Shown piece after piece: positions 40,070 to 54,217 of a stretch of 64,000 bases of DNA. The notes beneath the pieces are model-generated. The model searched no databases. It was given only the letters and a program-made list of their open reading frames with translations, and was not told the DNA's origin. The stretch comes from Eledone cirrhosa. Lineage: Eukaryota. How positions within the stretch are numbered: the first letter of the stretch is position 1; each line of letters opens with the position of its first letter. Location: positions 33,480,001 through 33,544,000 of the forward strand of contig OZ024748.1 of the NCBI GenBank assembly GCA_964016885.1, written 5' to 3'. Made by a program: the position numbers and the translations under genes.

Positions 40070-40382
40070 TAGTGACTATCATACATAGTGTATCTAGGAC
40101 TACATTATCTAATGTACACTATAGTAGTTAGTATTAGTGGTATCAGACATAGTATATCTAGGACTACATTATCTAATGTACAGTACAGTAGTTAGTATTA
40201 GTGGCTCTCAGACAAGGTGTATCTAGGACTACATTATCTAATGTACAGTAAGGTAGTTGGTATTAGTGGCTGTCAGACAGTGTATCTAGGACTACATTAT
40301 CTAATGTACAGTACAGTAGTTAGTATTAGTGGCTATCAGACTACATTATCCAATGTACAGTACAGTAGTTAGTATTAGTGGT
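40070..40382. repeat. Minisatellite, about 63-bp unit x4-5, downstream of a SINE head
   Basis: gtatctaggactacattatctaatgtacagtacagtagttagtattagtgg repeats; tRNA-like head at about 39960-40025. Confidence 0.85.
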
Positions 40383-43142
40383 AATGTTGTTATATATATT
40401 TTCACTTGTATATAATTACTGGATCGTTGAAGGGTTCACAAAATTATATTATTTACATTAATATAGACATTAAGTAAATCTTTGTCAACTTACTTTTTTC
40501 ACATATAATCAATGTTAGTTTTTATTAAAAGACAAATTCAATCTTATAGGACTTTCTAACATAACTATCATCTCCTCTCCTGATGACGTGTCAACACCAG
40601 TTTAACTTCCACCTTTTTATTAGTAGGAGTCAATTCTTTCTCATATATCTTTTTCTCAATTCTCTCTCCTCCGGGAGGAATCAGCTGTGTTTAGACCAGG
40701 AGTCTAATAAATCTATATGAATCCATACCATATCTGATTTCACTTGAAGTTTTATTCAGATCCCAATTGTGTTCAGACCTGGAGAGAGGAGATTGGCTCC
40801 ATCAGGTTTTAAAATATGTGCAAGGAAGACCGAAATCCACTAGAGTACCTCTACGACTACCCCAAGATTTACAGGTCCATACAATATATATATATATATA
40901 CACACACATATATCCCTTTCTCTGGAAGAAATCAAGTGTATTCAGATCTGGAAGAAGGGTGTGGTCTCCACCAGGTCTAAAATACCCAATAAATGTTATA
41001 TGTCACTAAGATACCCCTATGACTCCCCAAGGATTTCATTTCAATACGACCATGTCTGGGTTAGCCTGTGAAATAGGGATTGAGTAACTATATTTCAGGG
41101 AGCTGTTTTGATATTGAAGGAACATCTGTTGGTGTAGGGTTTCGTTGGTGACATAATAAGGTTCTAATACTGTAAAGAGCTACCTGAAACACTGTCTGGT
41201 ACATGTTTTGGAGACATGATCATAAAGCCATGTATAGAGAAGCAGTCAGCAAAGTTGGGATTAACATTGACTATATTGAAGAAATATATTTTTCCAATGT
41301 TGTTATATTTTCACTTGTATGTAATTACTGTATCGTTGAAGGGTTCACATAATTCTATTATTTACACACATTAATATAGGCATTAAGTAAATCTTTGTCA
41401 ACTTACCTCCTTCAGATGTAATCAATGTGTTGAGTTAATTTTTACTAAACAACAAAAGAAATAATCTCTTGTTTTTGTGAGCTCACAAATACTAGATGGT
41501 GTTGGACAGAACACAGGAGAGATACTAAATAACAGCCTTGTCACTGAGGAGGTTATATAATGTGTGACAAAAGAGGTTTGACAATAAACAAATAAACTAA
41601 CCAACTGGATGTGTATAATAAATTGAAGAGTAAACCAACAATTGCATGAGTTTTTATTTTATTGGCAGCATGACTTCCCCAAAGTATAACAATATCTGTT
41701 TCAACGCAATTTTTCAGATAAGAAACCTTGCTGGACAAATACAAAAACGGAGTTGGTTTGTGTGTGTATATATATATATATATGGACGTACACTCACACA
41801 CACATATATATATACACATATGGACGTACACTCACACACATATATATATGCAAAAGTTAAACAGAAATAATACAATCAGTGCAGTATATGGAAGGAATAT
41901 ATCAGGTTAAGACTTGAAATAGCACCTGCTATTTCAAGTGTTAACCTAATATATATCTTCCATGTACTGTAGAGATTGTTGTTATTTCTGTTTACCTTTT
42001 ACATATATATATCAACTCTTACGTAGACCTCTCAAATTCGTTGGATCTTCACTCTGAAACTGGATACCAGCCCGGAGTTTACCTGAACTTCCACCAGGAA
42101 ATATTTTCATATCACTGATATTTTCTTTGCTCCTTGCATTATATAGAGTTACCTCCCTTTATGATCTGAGTTCAAATCCCGCTGAGCTGAGGTTAACTTT
42201 GCCTTTCATCGTCATGGGGTCAACAAAATAAAGTACCAGTAATGCACTGGAATAATTACTGGCCTTGTGCCAAAAGTAGAAACAATTATATATATATATG
42301 CAATAGCTGAACTGAGGGTCTGGTCTGTGATGGGTTTGGTGTGGCCAACTGTCCTGTCCCTCTTCATAGTGGTATCACTGGTCCCTTTGTATGGTGGTGC
42401 CATCCAACACCAGACTCCCAAAATGTGGTACCACATCTGTCCCTCCTCATAGTGGTGTTATCCAGTACCGGGCCCCCAAAACTGTGGTAATGTTGTGTGT
42501 TGAGTTAGGCCACCCCTCATCACGGTGCCACATAGTACCGGGCCCCCAAAACTATGGTAATGTTGTGTTGGGTTTGGTCATCCTTCATCACGGTGCCACA
42601 CCGTACCAAGCCCCCAAACTGCAGCTACCCTGTGAGATAGGTTAGGCTCTGAAAACTTGGTTTCGTTGTGAGACAGGTTCGGCATGGCCAACTGGTCTGT
42701 TGCTCCTCATAACGGAGCCATCCAGTTCCACACTGTAAACGTGGTTGGTGTTAGGAAGGGCATCCAGCTGTAAAATACCCTCCAAATGTACAGTCCTCAC
42801 TGGAGTAAGGTACGACACAAGTCCAACCCTGGCCAGACTTGCCTCTCGGCATGGACGACCTGTCTAACCCAAGCAAGCATGGAAAAATTGACATTAAATG
42901 AAAATTATATATATATATATATATATATTTACATATATATACATTCACACAAAACAATTATACATACACAAACATATTTAGATAGATGCATCCACATATA
43001 TTCCTATACCTAGGTGTGTGTGTGTATATATATACACATACATACACATATGAACACGGACATTTGTATATATAAAATACGTTAATACATAAATATATAT
43101 ACGATATTAAATAAATGGAAACTATATTTATAAAACCATATT

Positions 43143-43206
43143 TATTCATTATACATATTTCAGGGATACCAAATTAAAATATGGTATGCCTTCATCAGAC
43201 AAAATA
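43143..43206 (-). ncRNA. Type-I hammerhead ribozyme (left arm)
   Basis: Reverse complement of the motif at 46686-46750. Confidence 0.72.
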
Positions 43207-46200
43207 CAATATATAAACAGTTTTATAAATAATTTTGACGTACCCTATTAGATGCGACCATTATTTTTGGAAACTGTCTGGATAGTGAGATGTTTATAAT
43301 TATTTTATTAGTTATAGTGTTAAGCACAGTTAGAAAAAAGACGGAGAGAAAGAAAAAACGGAGAGAGAGAAGGAGAGAGAGAAAAGGAATGTAAGCAGAA
43401 AAGAAAGATATATATAAATAGATAGGAGGAAATGAAAAAGAAAGAAAAAAAAGAAATAAGAAAGACAAAAGAAAGCAATAGAGAGATAATAACTCATCAT
43501 ACAGATAGAGAAACTCAAGAGAGAGGAAGTACTATATAGAGAGAGGAGGATATAGTGACAACTTTACGTCATGTCATATTAAGTTGAATTAACAATTCAT
43601 ATGAAATGAATAATAAAAATGTAAATATCAATATTCATGAATGAGACATAGAAATATAATATGAGAAAATAACATTGTTCAATAATGACCATATGTTTAG
43701 TTTAAAACCTTGAGGTCAATATACCAAAATCTGAGTTAAAACCTTCAAAAAATACCCTATTTATAAAAATACGGATACACATATGTATATATATATACAC
43801 GCATATGTACGTCCTGAAAAAAGAGAAAATTATGTCTACTCCAGTCAATAATATAGACATACAAATGATTTCACTTGATCACTTCTATACATTTCTTGTG
43901 TTATAAAAATTTCACAGTATATATACATAAAAATACGATTAATATTCATGCCCTCATATATATGATTACCGTTCATGTATTTAATATTATGCATATCTAC
44001 AACACACATCAACATATACACACACAACAATACATACACATACATATGTATGAATAAATATCTGCGTGAGTTTTCCAGCATCGTTATGCACATATACAGA
44101 CATATATACGAACACATAAATAAACTCTATAAACCTTTTATATGCATGTTAATACACACAAATGGCCTTTGTATAGAGATAATCAAATATCAATATATTA
44201 ACACAGAAATATCAAAGCATTAAATATCTTTAACACACTATAGAGTATCTCAAGTTAAAATAATATGTTTTATATATTTATTATAGAAATCTAACCTACC
44301 TATATCTCAAACAAGATATTGCAAGGGTAGACATATGAAAGTTATTAGAAGCTATCAGAGTCAAAAAACAAATAAAAAAATAAAAATAATTTAAAAGATT
44401 TAGAAGACCCAGTGATTCTACGGATGCCCTTATATTTAGTATAGAAATTTATCTTACGTAAATTTTATTTAATACATTGGGAGCATATACATTTTAGAGT
44501 AGTTTATTATATCCTTGTTTATATTTAGGAAGAAAGTTTAAAAAGAAAAAGGTGAAGGAATCTAATGATTTATCGTCAGGTTTCATATATTAACTAAATT
44601 TCTTAATTAATTATACTACTAATGCTCTTATACTACTAATTATACTACTAATGCTCTTGACAAACGCTTCCCTAGAAAACATAAATATCACTCAATTTTT
44701 AATAGACACACTATAAAATTAACTTACACGTCCACCAAAAATTTAGCACAAAATATTAACAGAATTAATAATAGGAATTTAAAACCTAACCAAAATACCA
44801 ATAATAACCCAAACAATATTCAATTAAATAACTGTAACTGTAGAAATAAATCTAACTGTCCGTTAAATAACAACTGCTTAGCTAAAAATGTAGTGTACAA
44901 TTGTAATGTTAAAACTAATTTAAATTCTTTCAACTATGTTGGTTCCACCTCGACAGAATTTAAACTTCGCTTCAATAATCATAAGAATTCTTTCACAGAT
45001 CCCAACAAAAAATCCTCAACTTCGCTATCTAGCCTACTCTGGCACCTTAAACGAGATAATGTTAAATATTCGATGATTTGGAATATTGTCTCAAAAGGTA
45101 TTCCTTTTAATTCCTCATCAGAGAGTTGTGATCTTTGTATAGAAGAAATATTCTTTATATTAAAGTTCAAAAATTCCCTTAATTTAAGGAGCAATTTATT
45201 CAGTTGCTGCAGACATAGATTGAACTCAACGTTTAAATATAAATATAAATTTAAAATGTAGTATAATTAATTAAGAAATTTAGTTAATATATGAAACCTG
45301 ACGATAAATCATTAGATTCCTTCACCTTTTTCTTTTTAAACTTTCTTCCTAAATATAAACAAGGATATAATAAACTACTCTAAAATGTATATGCTCCCAA
45401 TGTATTAAATAAAATTTACGTAAGATAAATTTCTATACTAAATATAAGGGCATCCGTAGAATCACTGGGTCTTCTAAATCTTTTAAATTATTTTTATTTT
45501 TTTATTTGTTTTTTGACTCTGATAGCTTCTAATAACTTTCATATGTCTACCCTTGCAATATCTTGTTTGAGATATAGGTAGGATAGATTTCTATAATAAA
45601 TATATAAAACATATTATTTTAACTTGAGATACTCTATAGTGTGTTAAAGATATTTAATGCTTTGATATTTCTGCTGGCCTTGTGCCTAAAGTAGAAACAA
45701 ATATTTCTGTGTTAATATATTGATATTTGATTATCTCTATACAAAGGCCATTTGTGTGTATTAACATGCATATAAAAGGTTTATAGAGTTTATTTATGTG
45801 TTCATATATATGTCTGTATATGTGAATAACAATGCTGGAAAACTCACGCAGATATTTATTTATACATATGTATGTGTATGTATGGTTGTATGTGTATATG
45901 TTGATGTGTGTTGCAGATATGCATAATATTAAATACATGAACGGTAATCATATATATGAGGGCATGAATATTAATCGTATTTTTATGTATATATACTGTG
46001 AAATTTTTATAACACAAGAAATGTATAGAAGTGATCAAGTGAAATCATTTGTATGTCTATATTATTGACTGGAGTAGACATAATTTTCTCTTTTTTCAGG
46101 ACGTACATATGCGTGTATATATATATACATATGTGTATCCGTATTTTTATAAATAGGGTATTTTTTGAAGGTTTTAACTCAGATTTTGGTATATTGACCT

Positions 46201-46685
46201 CAAGGTTTTAAACTAAACATATGGTCATTATTGAACAATGTTATTTTCTCATATTATATATCTATGTCTCATTCATGAATATTGATATTTACATTTTTAT
46301 TATTCATTTCATATGAATTGTTAATTCAACTTAATATGACATGACGTAAAGTTGTCACTATATCCTCCTCTCTCTATATAGTACTTCCTCTCTCTTGAGT
46401 TTCTCTATCTGTATGATGAGTTATTATCTCTCTATTGCTTTCTTTTGTCTTTCTTATTTCTTTCTTTTTCATTTCCTCCTATCTATTTATATATATCTTT
46501 CTTTTCTGCTTACATTCCTTTTCTCTCTCTCCGTTTTTTCTTTCTCTCCGTCTTTTTTCTAACTGTGCTTAACACTATAACTAATAAAATAATTATAAAC
46601 ATCTCACTATCCAGACAGCTTCCAAAAATAATGGTCGCATCTAATAGGGTACGTCAAAATTATTTATAAAACTGTTTATATATTG

Positions 46686-46750
46686 TATTTTGTCTGATGA
46701 AGGCATACCATATTTTAATTTGGTATCCCTGAAATATGTATAATGAAATA
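46686..46750 (+). ncRNA. Type-I hammerhead ribozyme (right arm)
   Basis: tattttgt-CTGATGA-agg c atacca..tggtat c cct-GAAA-tatgta-TA-atgaaata. Confidence 0.78.
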
Positions 46751-47110
46751 AATATGGTTTTATAAATATAGTTTCCATTTATTTAATATCGTATATCTAC
46801 TCCGAAAACTTGTCGAGTGCTTTATATCAGTTATAAAATATTTACTTGTTGTATCCCAACAATTTTAAATAGAACTTTTGCATAAATATATATATATATA
46901 TACATATATCTATACATTTATATATTACGAGTGTGTACATTAGAGGTGGAGGTATAAGTTAATATATTGTCTATTATCGGTAGGGTTAAATCTATCAAAC
47001 CAACGTGGTCTGTCTACCCTCGTAATTTTAAACAAACAATTTACTGTGTTTATTACTACATATATTATGATAAATAAATATAGATATATTTTTCTATACA
47101 TTATTCTGTA

Positions 47111-47149
<39 letters not shown>

Positions 47150-47339
47150 ACGTGTATATAATCACATTTGAATATTTAATTTATATTTCCAGGCCTGGTC
47201 TGAATAACAATTTCTAGACGGTTTATAACACAAAATATAGAAAAATTAGTCAGAAATATTTCAATAAATAGTTGCTCAACGGCTTATATATACATATATA
47301 TATATTATCCTTATCGAGCCCCCTCCGGATTTTGGTCTT

Positions 47340-47375
<36 letters not shown>

Positions 47376-47380
47376 CATAT

Positions 47381-47414
<34 letters not shown>

Positions 47415-47635
47415 ATAAATAAATAAAGGCACATGGCTTAGTAGTTAGAGCATTGGGCTTGCAATCGAAAGGTTGTGAGTTCAATTCTCGGACCATATGA
47501 GCAAGACAGGGTCAGCCGACCGGGCACTGCCCAAAACAGAAAAACCCGTCTAACCCATCCGAGCGTGGAAGAACGGACGTAAAACGATGATGATGATAAT
47601 GATGATATATATACATGTATATTCATATATTATAC

Positions 47636-49715
47636 ATCATTACAGTTTAAGTTCCATTTTACAAGCTAGCATGGGTGGGACGAGTTGTCCTGTTGTGTGA
47701 AATGTTAGATCAAATGACCGTATTTGGCTCATGCAAGAAACATTTCTGGCTTGATTTCTACGGCTGGATGTCTTTCCTAAATCTAACCACATTTACAGGG
47801 AGGACTTGGCATTTATTGTTGTGTTGCTAACATGACCAACCTACAGGGTCGACTGGGTGCTTATTTGTCATGTCACCAGCATTACCATGCAGGGAGGGTT
47901 AGGTGCTCTTTTGTCATGACACCTGCATGACAACCTTACAAGGTTGCCTGAGGGCTTTTAGCCATTTCAGCAGCATTGAAGGAGAGCATGTCAAGCTTTC
48001 CATACTTGTATACATGGGTTGGTCAAGAGAGGTGTATCAGATGTGAAAGTGGGGTGGGGTAGTGTGTATGTAGGGTGGGGATTGGAGAGGTAGGTCAGGG
48101 TGGTGTACTTAGCTGGTAAGGGGGGGGGGAGTGTTAAGATGTGGGGAGGAGGAAAATTGGAGCATACTTCAAACCACTAAATGTTGCTTCATCACGTGCA
48201 CATTGGAATGCAGGTCTTCTAAAGTACTGTATAACGCCAGAGATTTCAATCCTGTGTCATCACCTTTGAGAGTTACAATGGTGTCAGGCCACTTTTTACC
48301 TCCTCATCCCAAGCTTTCCTAGGTCTTCCTCTTCCATCAATTTCAAGCAGTCAACCTTTTATACAACATCTCTACCTTCATACACATCACATGTCCATAA
48401 CACAGCAATCTACACTCCTGCATACTGTATCTTATCCCTCTCATGCCCGAGTTCTCTCACTTTATTTACAGGTTGCTCTTCATGTATATCAATATTACAC
48501 ATCCATCGGAGAATTCAAGCTTCATTTCTATCCAATCTTCGGAGGTCCTCACTGAAATGCAGCATTGCTGTTCATATGCACACATCAATTTGATGAAACC
48601 TTTTATAGCTAGCAGCAGTAGTAGCACCCTAAACCTTTGCCATCATGTTCTTACTCTGGTTACTGTACTCTCAGAACACCTACCAACACTGCTAATTTGG
48701 TCCCCCAGGTAACAGAAACTGTCAACTGCTTCTATGGAACCCATTAAATGTTTGATAGAGCTTGTCTCCTAAAAGCGATTGCTGCTTACTGCTCCAGTGC
48801 AGTGACCCCTTGTAAAATCTACGTTCTTAGTTAACTCACCATGTATCCCATTAAATCTTGTGTACCCATATTCTATTTAGAGTAAATATTATTTCATACA
48901 CATAACATGTATGTGTGACCATTGGTTTCCAAGTCCACTTATGGCCACCACTTTTCAATGGGGGGAGGCACTTCCAAACAGACCCTTCATTGGCCATGCT
49001 GACAAATATTAAAAGGAAGTTCTTTCCTCCAACAATTTTCACCCCAAACAGGCGAGAGTTTCATATTGTCAAAAAGGGAGGTAAATCTTTAGTGGTGGAA
49101 TTGTCAGGCTTAATTATATATGTATTTAGACATACATAGAAGTGGTTGATAGCTTTTGCAATCTAGGTGACTTAATTAGCAGTGGAGGAGGCTGCTCTGA
49201 AAGATGAATAGTTAGAATAAGGATAGGATGGAAAAAGTTTAGAGAGCTACTGCAACTGTTGATCACAAAAGGACTGTATGTCACATGTGGGTGATGTGCA
49301 ATGATGAATGGTAACGAAACAATGGCTGTGACTGCCGAGGATATGTAGACGGGAGAGAAATGGAACAACCATGTTTTGTAGGATATGTTGTGTAAGTGTG
49401 AGAGAAAGGTAGAGCTTGGACAAGTTCAAGAAGAGTGATTTGTAAGAGAGAAGACTGTGTTTGTACGGATATGTGATGCACATGGATAATGACCACTGGG
49501 TGATGAAGTGCCAGGAAATCCCAGTAGAAGGAAGCCATAGTAGAGGTAGACCAAGAAAGATCTGGACAGAGGCTGTGTGAACTGACTTCAAATCACTGAC
49601 TCTCACAGAGGACATGTCAAAGGAACAGAACGTGTTGAAAGATGCCATGTTGAGAAGTACATGTCCAACCCAAGCAAGCATGGAAAAACGGATATAAAAA
49701 CAGTGATGATGTTGA
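47636..49715. mobile_element. Old divergently oriented RTE 3' fragments (duplicated at 57823-59645)
   Basis: Minus strand DSFCYLGDQISS..CSESTV; plus strand DSFCNLGD..RGRPRK; (GAT)n-like tails face outward. Confidence 0.75.
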
Positions 49716-49934
49716 TGAAGATCACGTACATATACACACATACATACACAAATAAATCAAACACATATACAAACATATACATGGACACAAATTTCTACAG
49801 ACATACATTCAAATATATATAGTGTATGTAAATTCTGCACCATACAGTTTTGTCAGCAAAGTTCTTGGTTACAACTTCTACAAATAAAATGAAAGGAGAA
49901 TAATTTCTTAGTAAAACAGTTTTATTCAATATAT

Positions 49935-52194
49935 ATCGACAAATGCCCAAAACTACGAGTTGGTACCATCAATGTAGGCTCAATGAAAGGAAGAGCAGGA
50001 GAAATCGTAGAAATGCTAGAGCGAAAGGAAATTGATGTATGCTGTGTGCAAGAGACTAGATGGAGAGGAGAGTATGCTAGAGTCCTTGTAGGAAAAAGTC
50101 GGTGCTACAAATTTTTCTGGGTGGGAAATGACGATGGGATGGGTGGTGTAGGTATACTACTAGCTGACAAGTGGGTAGATAAAGTAATCTCAGTGTACAG
50201 GGTAAATTCAAGAATCATTAAACTCAGACTAGTCCTGAATAAAACAATTACCACAATAATATCAGCTTACGCACCCCAATCGGAGCTGCCAGACAAACTT
50301 AAGGATAGGTTTTACGAGTCCCTAATTCACACTACTGCTCTAACAGACGACAATGACTTCCTAATCATCGCAGGAGATTTTAACGGACACGTAGGTAAAC
50401 ACTGCGACGGCTTCAATAGAGTACATGGAGGCCATGGGGTTGGCACAAGAAATGAGGAAGGATTCAGACTTCTAGAATTCTGCGACGCCAATGACATGTC
50501 GATATGTAACACAAACTTTAAAAAACCCGACAACCAGCTGATCACCTATAGATCAGGGGAGCACTCCAGTCAGATAGATTTTATCCTCCTCAGAGGACGT
50601 GACAGATGGACGGTCGTAAACACAAAAGCCTTCCCTAGTGAGGAATGTACATCCCAACATAGCTTAGTTGTCAGCGACCTCACGGTCAGAACTAGACGAA
50701 CCTGGAAACAGAGGCCAACCTGGAGAAGAAAGATCTGGAAGCTATCTGGTACAAGCCATGTATAGGGGAGCAGTCAGCAAAGTTAGGATTAACAATGAGT
50801 ATAGCGAGGAATTTAGCGTACAGGTTGGGGTCCACCAGGGCTCTGTTCTTAGCTCCCTCCTGTTCATCATAGTCCTGCAGGCAATAACGGAGGAGTTTAA
50901 GACCGGATGCCCATGGGAACTCCTGTATGCTGATGACCTCGCACTTATAGCTGAATCTATGGTAGAACTAGAGAAGAAATTCCAAACTTGGAAGCAGGGA
51001 CTAGAAAGAAAGGGTCTCAAAGACTAAGGTCCTTGTAAGTAGACGAGAAAACAGAACCCAGATCCCCTCAGGGAAATGGCCTTGCTCAGTATATAGGAAA
51101 GGTGTAGGTAGGAGCTCCATTCTCTGCCCCAAATGCAAACAATGGGTACACAAGAGATGTAGCGGGATCTCAGGAAGCTTAATTAAGAATGTAAGCTTCA
51201 CATGCAGCAGCTGTGCTGGGACAGCAAGCAGCAGACAGCCACAAGAAACAAGTACCACCAATCTCTGGGAGGGCTCTGTAGAAACAGTAGACAGCTTATG
51301 CTACCTAGGTGACCGAATTAGCAGCGGAGGTGGGTGTTCAGAAAGTACAATAACTAGGGTAAGAACGGGATGGAAGAAGTTTAGGGAACTATTACCACTG
51401 CTAACTGCAAAAGGCTTCTCCCTCAGAATGAAAGGCAGACTGTATGATGCGTGTATCCGAACAGCGATGTTGCATGGTAGTGAGACCTGGGCGCTGAAGG
51501 TGGAAGACTTACGTAGATTAGAGAGAAACGAAGCCTGCATGCTCCGATGGATGTGTAACAGTAATATACGTGAACGACAAAGCATAAATGAATTGAGAGA
51601 GAGACTGAGCATAAGAGGAATCAAATGCTGTGTGCAGGAGAGGTGGTTGCGCTGGTATGGACATGTGATGCGTATGAAGGATGACAGCTGCATAAAAAGG
51701 TGCAGAGCACTAGAAGTCGATGGAAACCGCGGAGTGGAGAGACCCAAGATGACCTGGGATGAGGTGATAAAAGCGGACCTTACCCAATTACACCTCTCAA
51801 AGGCAATGACACACGACCGTGACCTCTGGCGTCACGCAGTAATACAGAGTACCCGACCTTCCATGGGTACAAGCTGAAGCATATAGACAATATGCCCCCC
51901 CCCCCCCCCCCCCCCCCCCACCGCAAGGTGGTCGTGGAGGTGCCACGGCAAAAAAGCACCCAGCCCACACTGTAAAGTGGACGTGTAGGTGCCACGAAAA
52001 AGCACCCAGCACTCACTGTAAATGAGGTTGGTGTTAGGAAGGGCATCTAGCTGTAGAAATCAAGCCAAATCAGTTCCTGTATGAGCAAGGCATGGTCAGC
52101 CGACCAGACACTGCCCACAACAGGACAACCCGTCTAACCCATGCTAGCGTGGAAGAACGGACGTAAAACGGTGATGATGATGATGATGATGATG
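49935..52194 (+). mobile_element. Internally deleted RTE LINE inserted downstream of the 9-finger ZNF
   Basis: Endonuclease ORF (GTINVGSM..CVQETRW..AGDFNGH..QIDFIL) joined at about 50745 to mid-RT (VQAMY..LYADDL); (GAT)n tail. Empty site at about 59885. Confidence 0.92.
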
Positions 52195-52199
52195 ATATT

Positions 52200-52695
52200 A
52201 ACATTGGTGGAACTATTTTGGATGAGTGATATGGTTTTTATCTTGTCTGATTGTGTTCCATTAAGTAATCTTTACAAGAGAATGATTTACCACAGACATC
52301 ATAGTGATATGGTTCCTCTCCTGTATGTGTTAGTGTGTAGTGAAGCTACAACATTTAGAGAAGCTTTCACCACAGATATCATAGTGATATGGTTCCTCTC
52401 CTGAATGTGTTAGTGTGTAGTGAAGCCACAACATTTAGAAAATGATTTACCACAGACATCACAGTGATATGGTTCCTCTGCTGTATATGTTAGTATCTAG
52501 TAAAGCCACAACATTTAGAGAATGATTTACCAAATATATCAAAGTGATATGGCTTCCCAGCTGTATGTATATGATTGTGTGTAGTTAATGTAACATTCAA
52601 AGAGAATGATTTCCCTCAGATGTCACAATGATATGTATTTGCATTCTCATTAATTCACAAATTTGAGGGAATGATTTATCACTGATGTCAATGCT
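52200..52695 (-). pseudogene. Degenerate zinc-finger repeats downstream of the stop codon
   Basis: Three 80-bp units (52281, 52361, 52441) plus decayed 84-bp-type units with stops and frameshifts. Confidence 0.8.
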
Positions 52696-53544
52696 TTATG
52701 ATTTCTCTTCTGCATGTATAACTTTGTGAGTAGTTAGGCTACTTTTCCCAGAGAAAGATATACCACAGATATCGCAATGATATAGCTTGTCTCCTGTATG
52801 TATACATTTGTGGGAAATTAAATGACCACATTGAGAGAATGATTTACCACATATATCACAGTGATATGGCTTGTCTCCTGTATGGGTACGTTTGTGGCTT
52901 GTTAAGGTACCACTTACAGAGAATGATTTACCACAGATATCACAGTGATATGGCTTGTCTCCTGTATGTATATGTTTATGGTTAATTAAGGTACTACTTT
53001 GAGAGAATGATTTTCCACAGATATCACAGTGGAATAGCTTGTCTCCTGTATGTATACGTTTGTGATTAGTTAAGTGACTACTTACAGAGAATGATTTACC
53101 ACAGATATCGCAGTGATATGGCTTATCTCCTTTATGGGTACGTTTGTGCTTAATTAAGGTACTACTTAAAGAGAATGATTTACCACAGATATCGCAGTGA
53201 TATGACTTGTCTCCTGTATGTACACGTTTGTGTGTAGTTAAGGTACTACTTAGAGGGAAGGATTTACCACAGATATCACAGTGATATAGCTTCTCTCCTG
53301 TATATATACATATGTGAGTATTTAAGTTACTACTATATCGTTTACCACAGATATCACAGTGATATGGCTTCTCTCCTGTATGTATAAGCTTGTGAGAAGT
53401 TAATGTACTACGTTTATTGAATGATTTACCACAGATATCACAGTGATATGGCTTCTCTTCTCTAACCTTTGTCATCTCACCAGGAATACTAAATACTTTA
53501 GATTGTGTTTCGTATTTAATCTTCTTTGTCAATTTATTTTCCAT
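52696..53544 (-). CDS. C2H2 zinc-finger protein, 9 fingers (finger 2 degenerate)
   Basis: Tandem [17 protein letters not shown] repeats. First ATG at 53544; the ORF-track start is a TTG. Confidence 0.9.
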   Translation of the reverse strand: MENKLTKKIKYETQSKVFSIPGEMTKVREEKPYHCDICGKSFNKRSTLTSHKLIHTGEKPYHCDICGKRYSSNLNTHICIYTGEKLYHCDICGKSFPLSSTLTTHKRVHTGDKSYHCDICGKSFSLSSTLIKHKRTHKGDKPYHCDICGKSFSVSSHLTNHKRIHTGDKLFHCDICGKSFSQSSTLINHKHIHTGDKPYHCDICGKSFSVSGTLTSHKRTHTGDKPYHCDICGKSFSQCGHLISHKCIHTGDKLYHCDICGISFSGKSSLTTHKVIHAEEKS

Positions 53545-54217
53545 AATTATTTCTTCTTCAACAGAATATACAAATGTTTTACTTGTAATATTTTTTATAT
53601 TATATTTCTTATAAAATATTTCTTCTTCTATATTTTCCTCAACTGTGATTTCATTTAATATATGAAGATAATACAAACTTCTTTTTCATCCAAGTTTAGT
53701 TAAAATACAAAACTATCTTATAGTGAAGAAAATAAATTCAGTTTTGAGGAAATATTTCACAGTAATTAGATGAGAGATTTATATAAACAGTGTTATATAA
53801 GTTCTGTTTAAAAAGTTTTAGTTTTAAAATGATGATAGATAGAGGTGATGTATCCAAGATTGAAAATAATAATTTATTCCAATGTCATCTGATATTCTGA
53901 AATAAGTAAGAAACAGTATGAGATAATACAGAATACTTTAGAAGTAGAGATAGATTTAACAGTGAACATTTTATATTTCTATATTGGTAAACTGTAGATA
54001 TCAACTTTCCTCTGTCCAGAGCAATTCTCTCCAATGTAAGCAGTGGTATTCCAGCATGCTATATAAATAATATCCTGTTATCGCTTCAGAGGTCTGCTCT
54101 ATGGCAGTTTAGCAAAAAATTCATTCTTATACGACTTATAAGAAAGAAACAGTATGAGATAATAGAGAATACATAAAATCCAGAGATAGATTTAACAGTG
54201 GAAATATTACAATATTA

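Larger units (their letters stand above)
43097..46796 (+). mobile_element. 5'-truncated Penelope-like element with 1.5-kb inverted terminal arms
   Basis: 43097-44619 is the reverse complement of 45258-46796. Central open frame 44656-45261: FPRKHKYHSIFNRHTIKLTY..CNCRNKSNCPL..NVVY..YVGSTSTEFKLRFNNHK..CDLC..CRH (GIY-YIG). Confidence 0.9.

Noticed and set aside
39122-40382. Regular repeats resembling a CRISPR array; His/Thr-rich ORFs
   Set aside because: No unique spacers, no cas genes and a eukaryotic context. These are ordinary minisatellites.
40578-40605. CTGATGA followed by a small hairpin
   Set aside because: No GAAA or stems I/III at the required positions.
53545-53676. ORF-track N-terminal extension MYYLHIL.. 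(and 62059-62187)
   Set aside because: It starts at a TTG in a pyrimidine-rich acceptor-like tract, so it is not a credible start. It could be coding only if spliced to an upstream exon.
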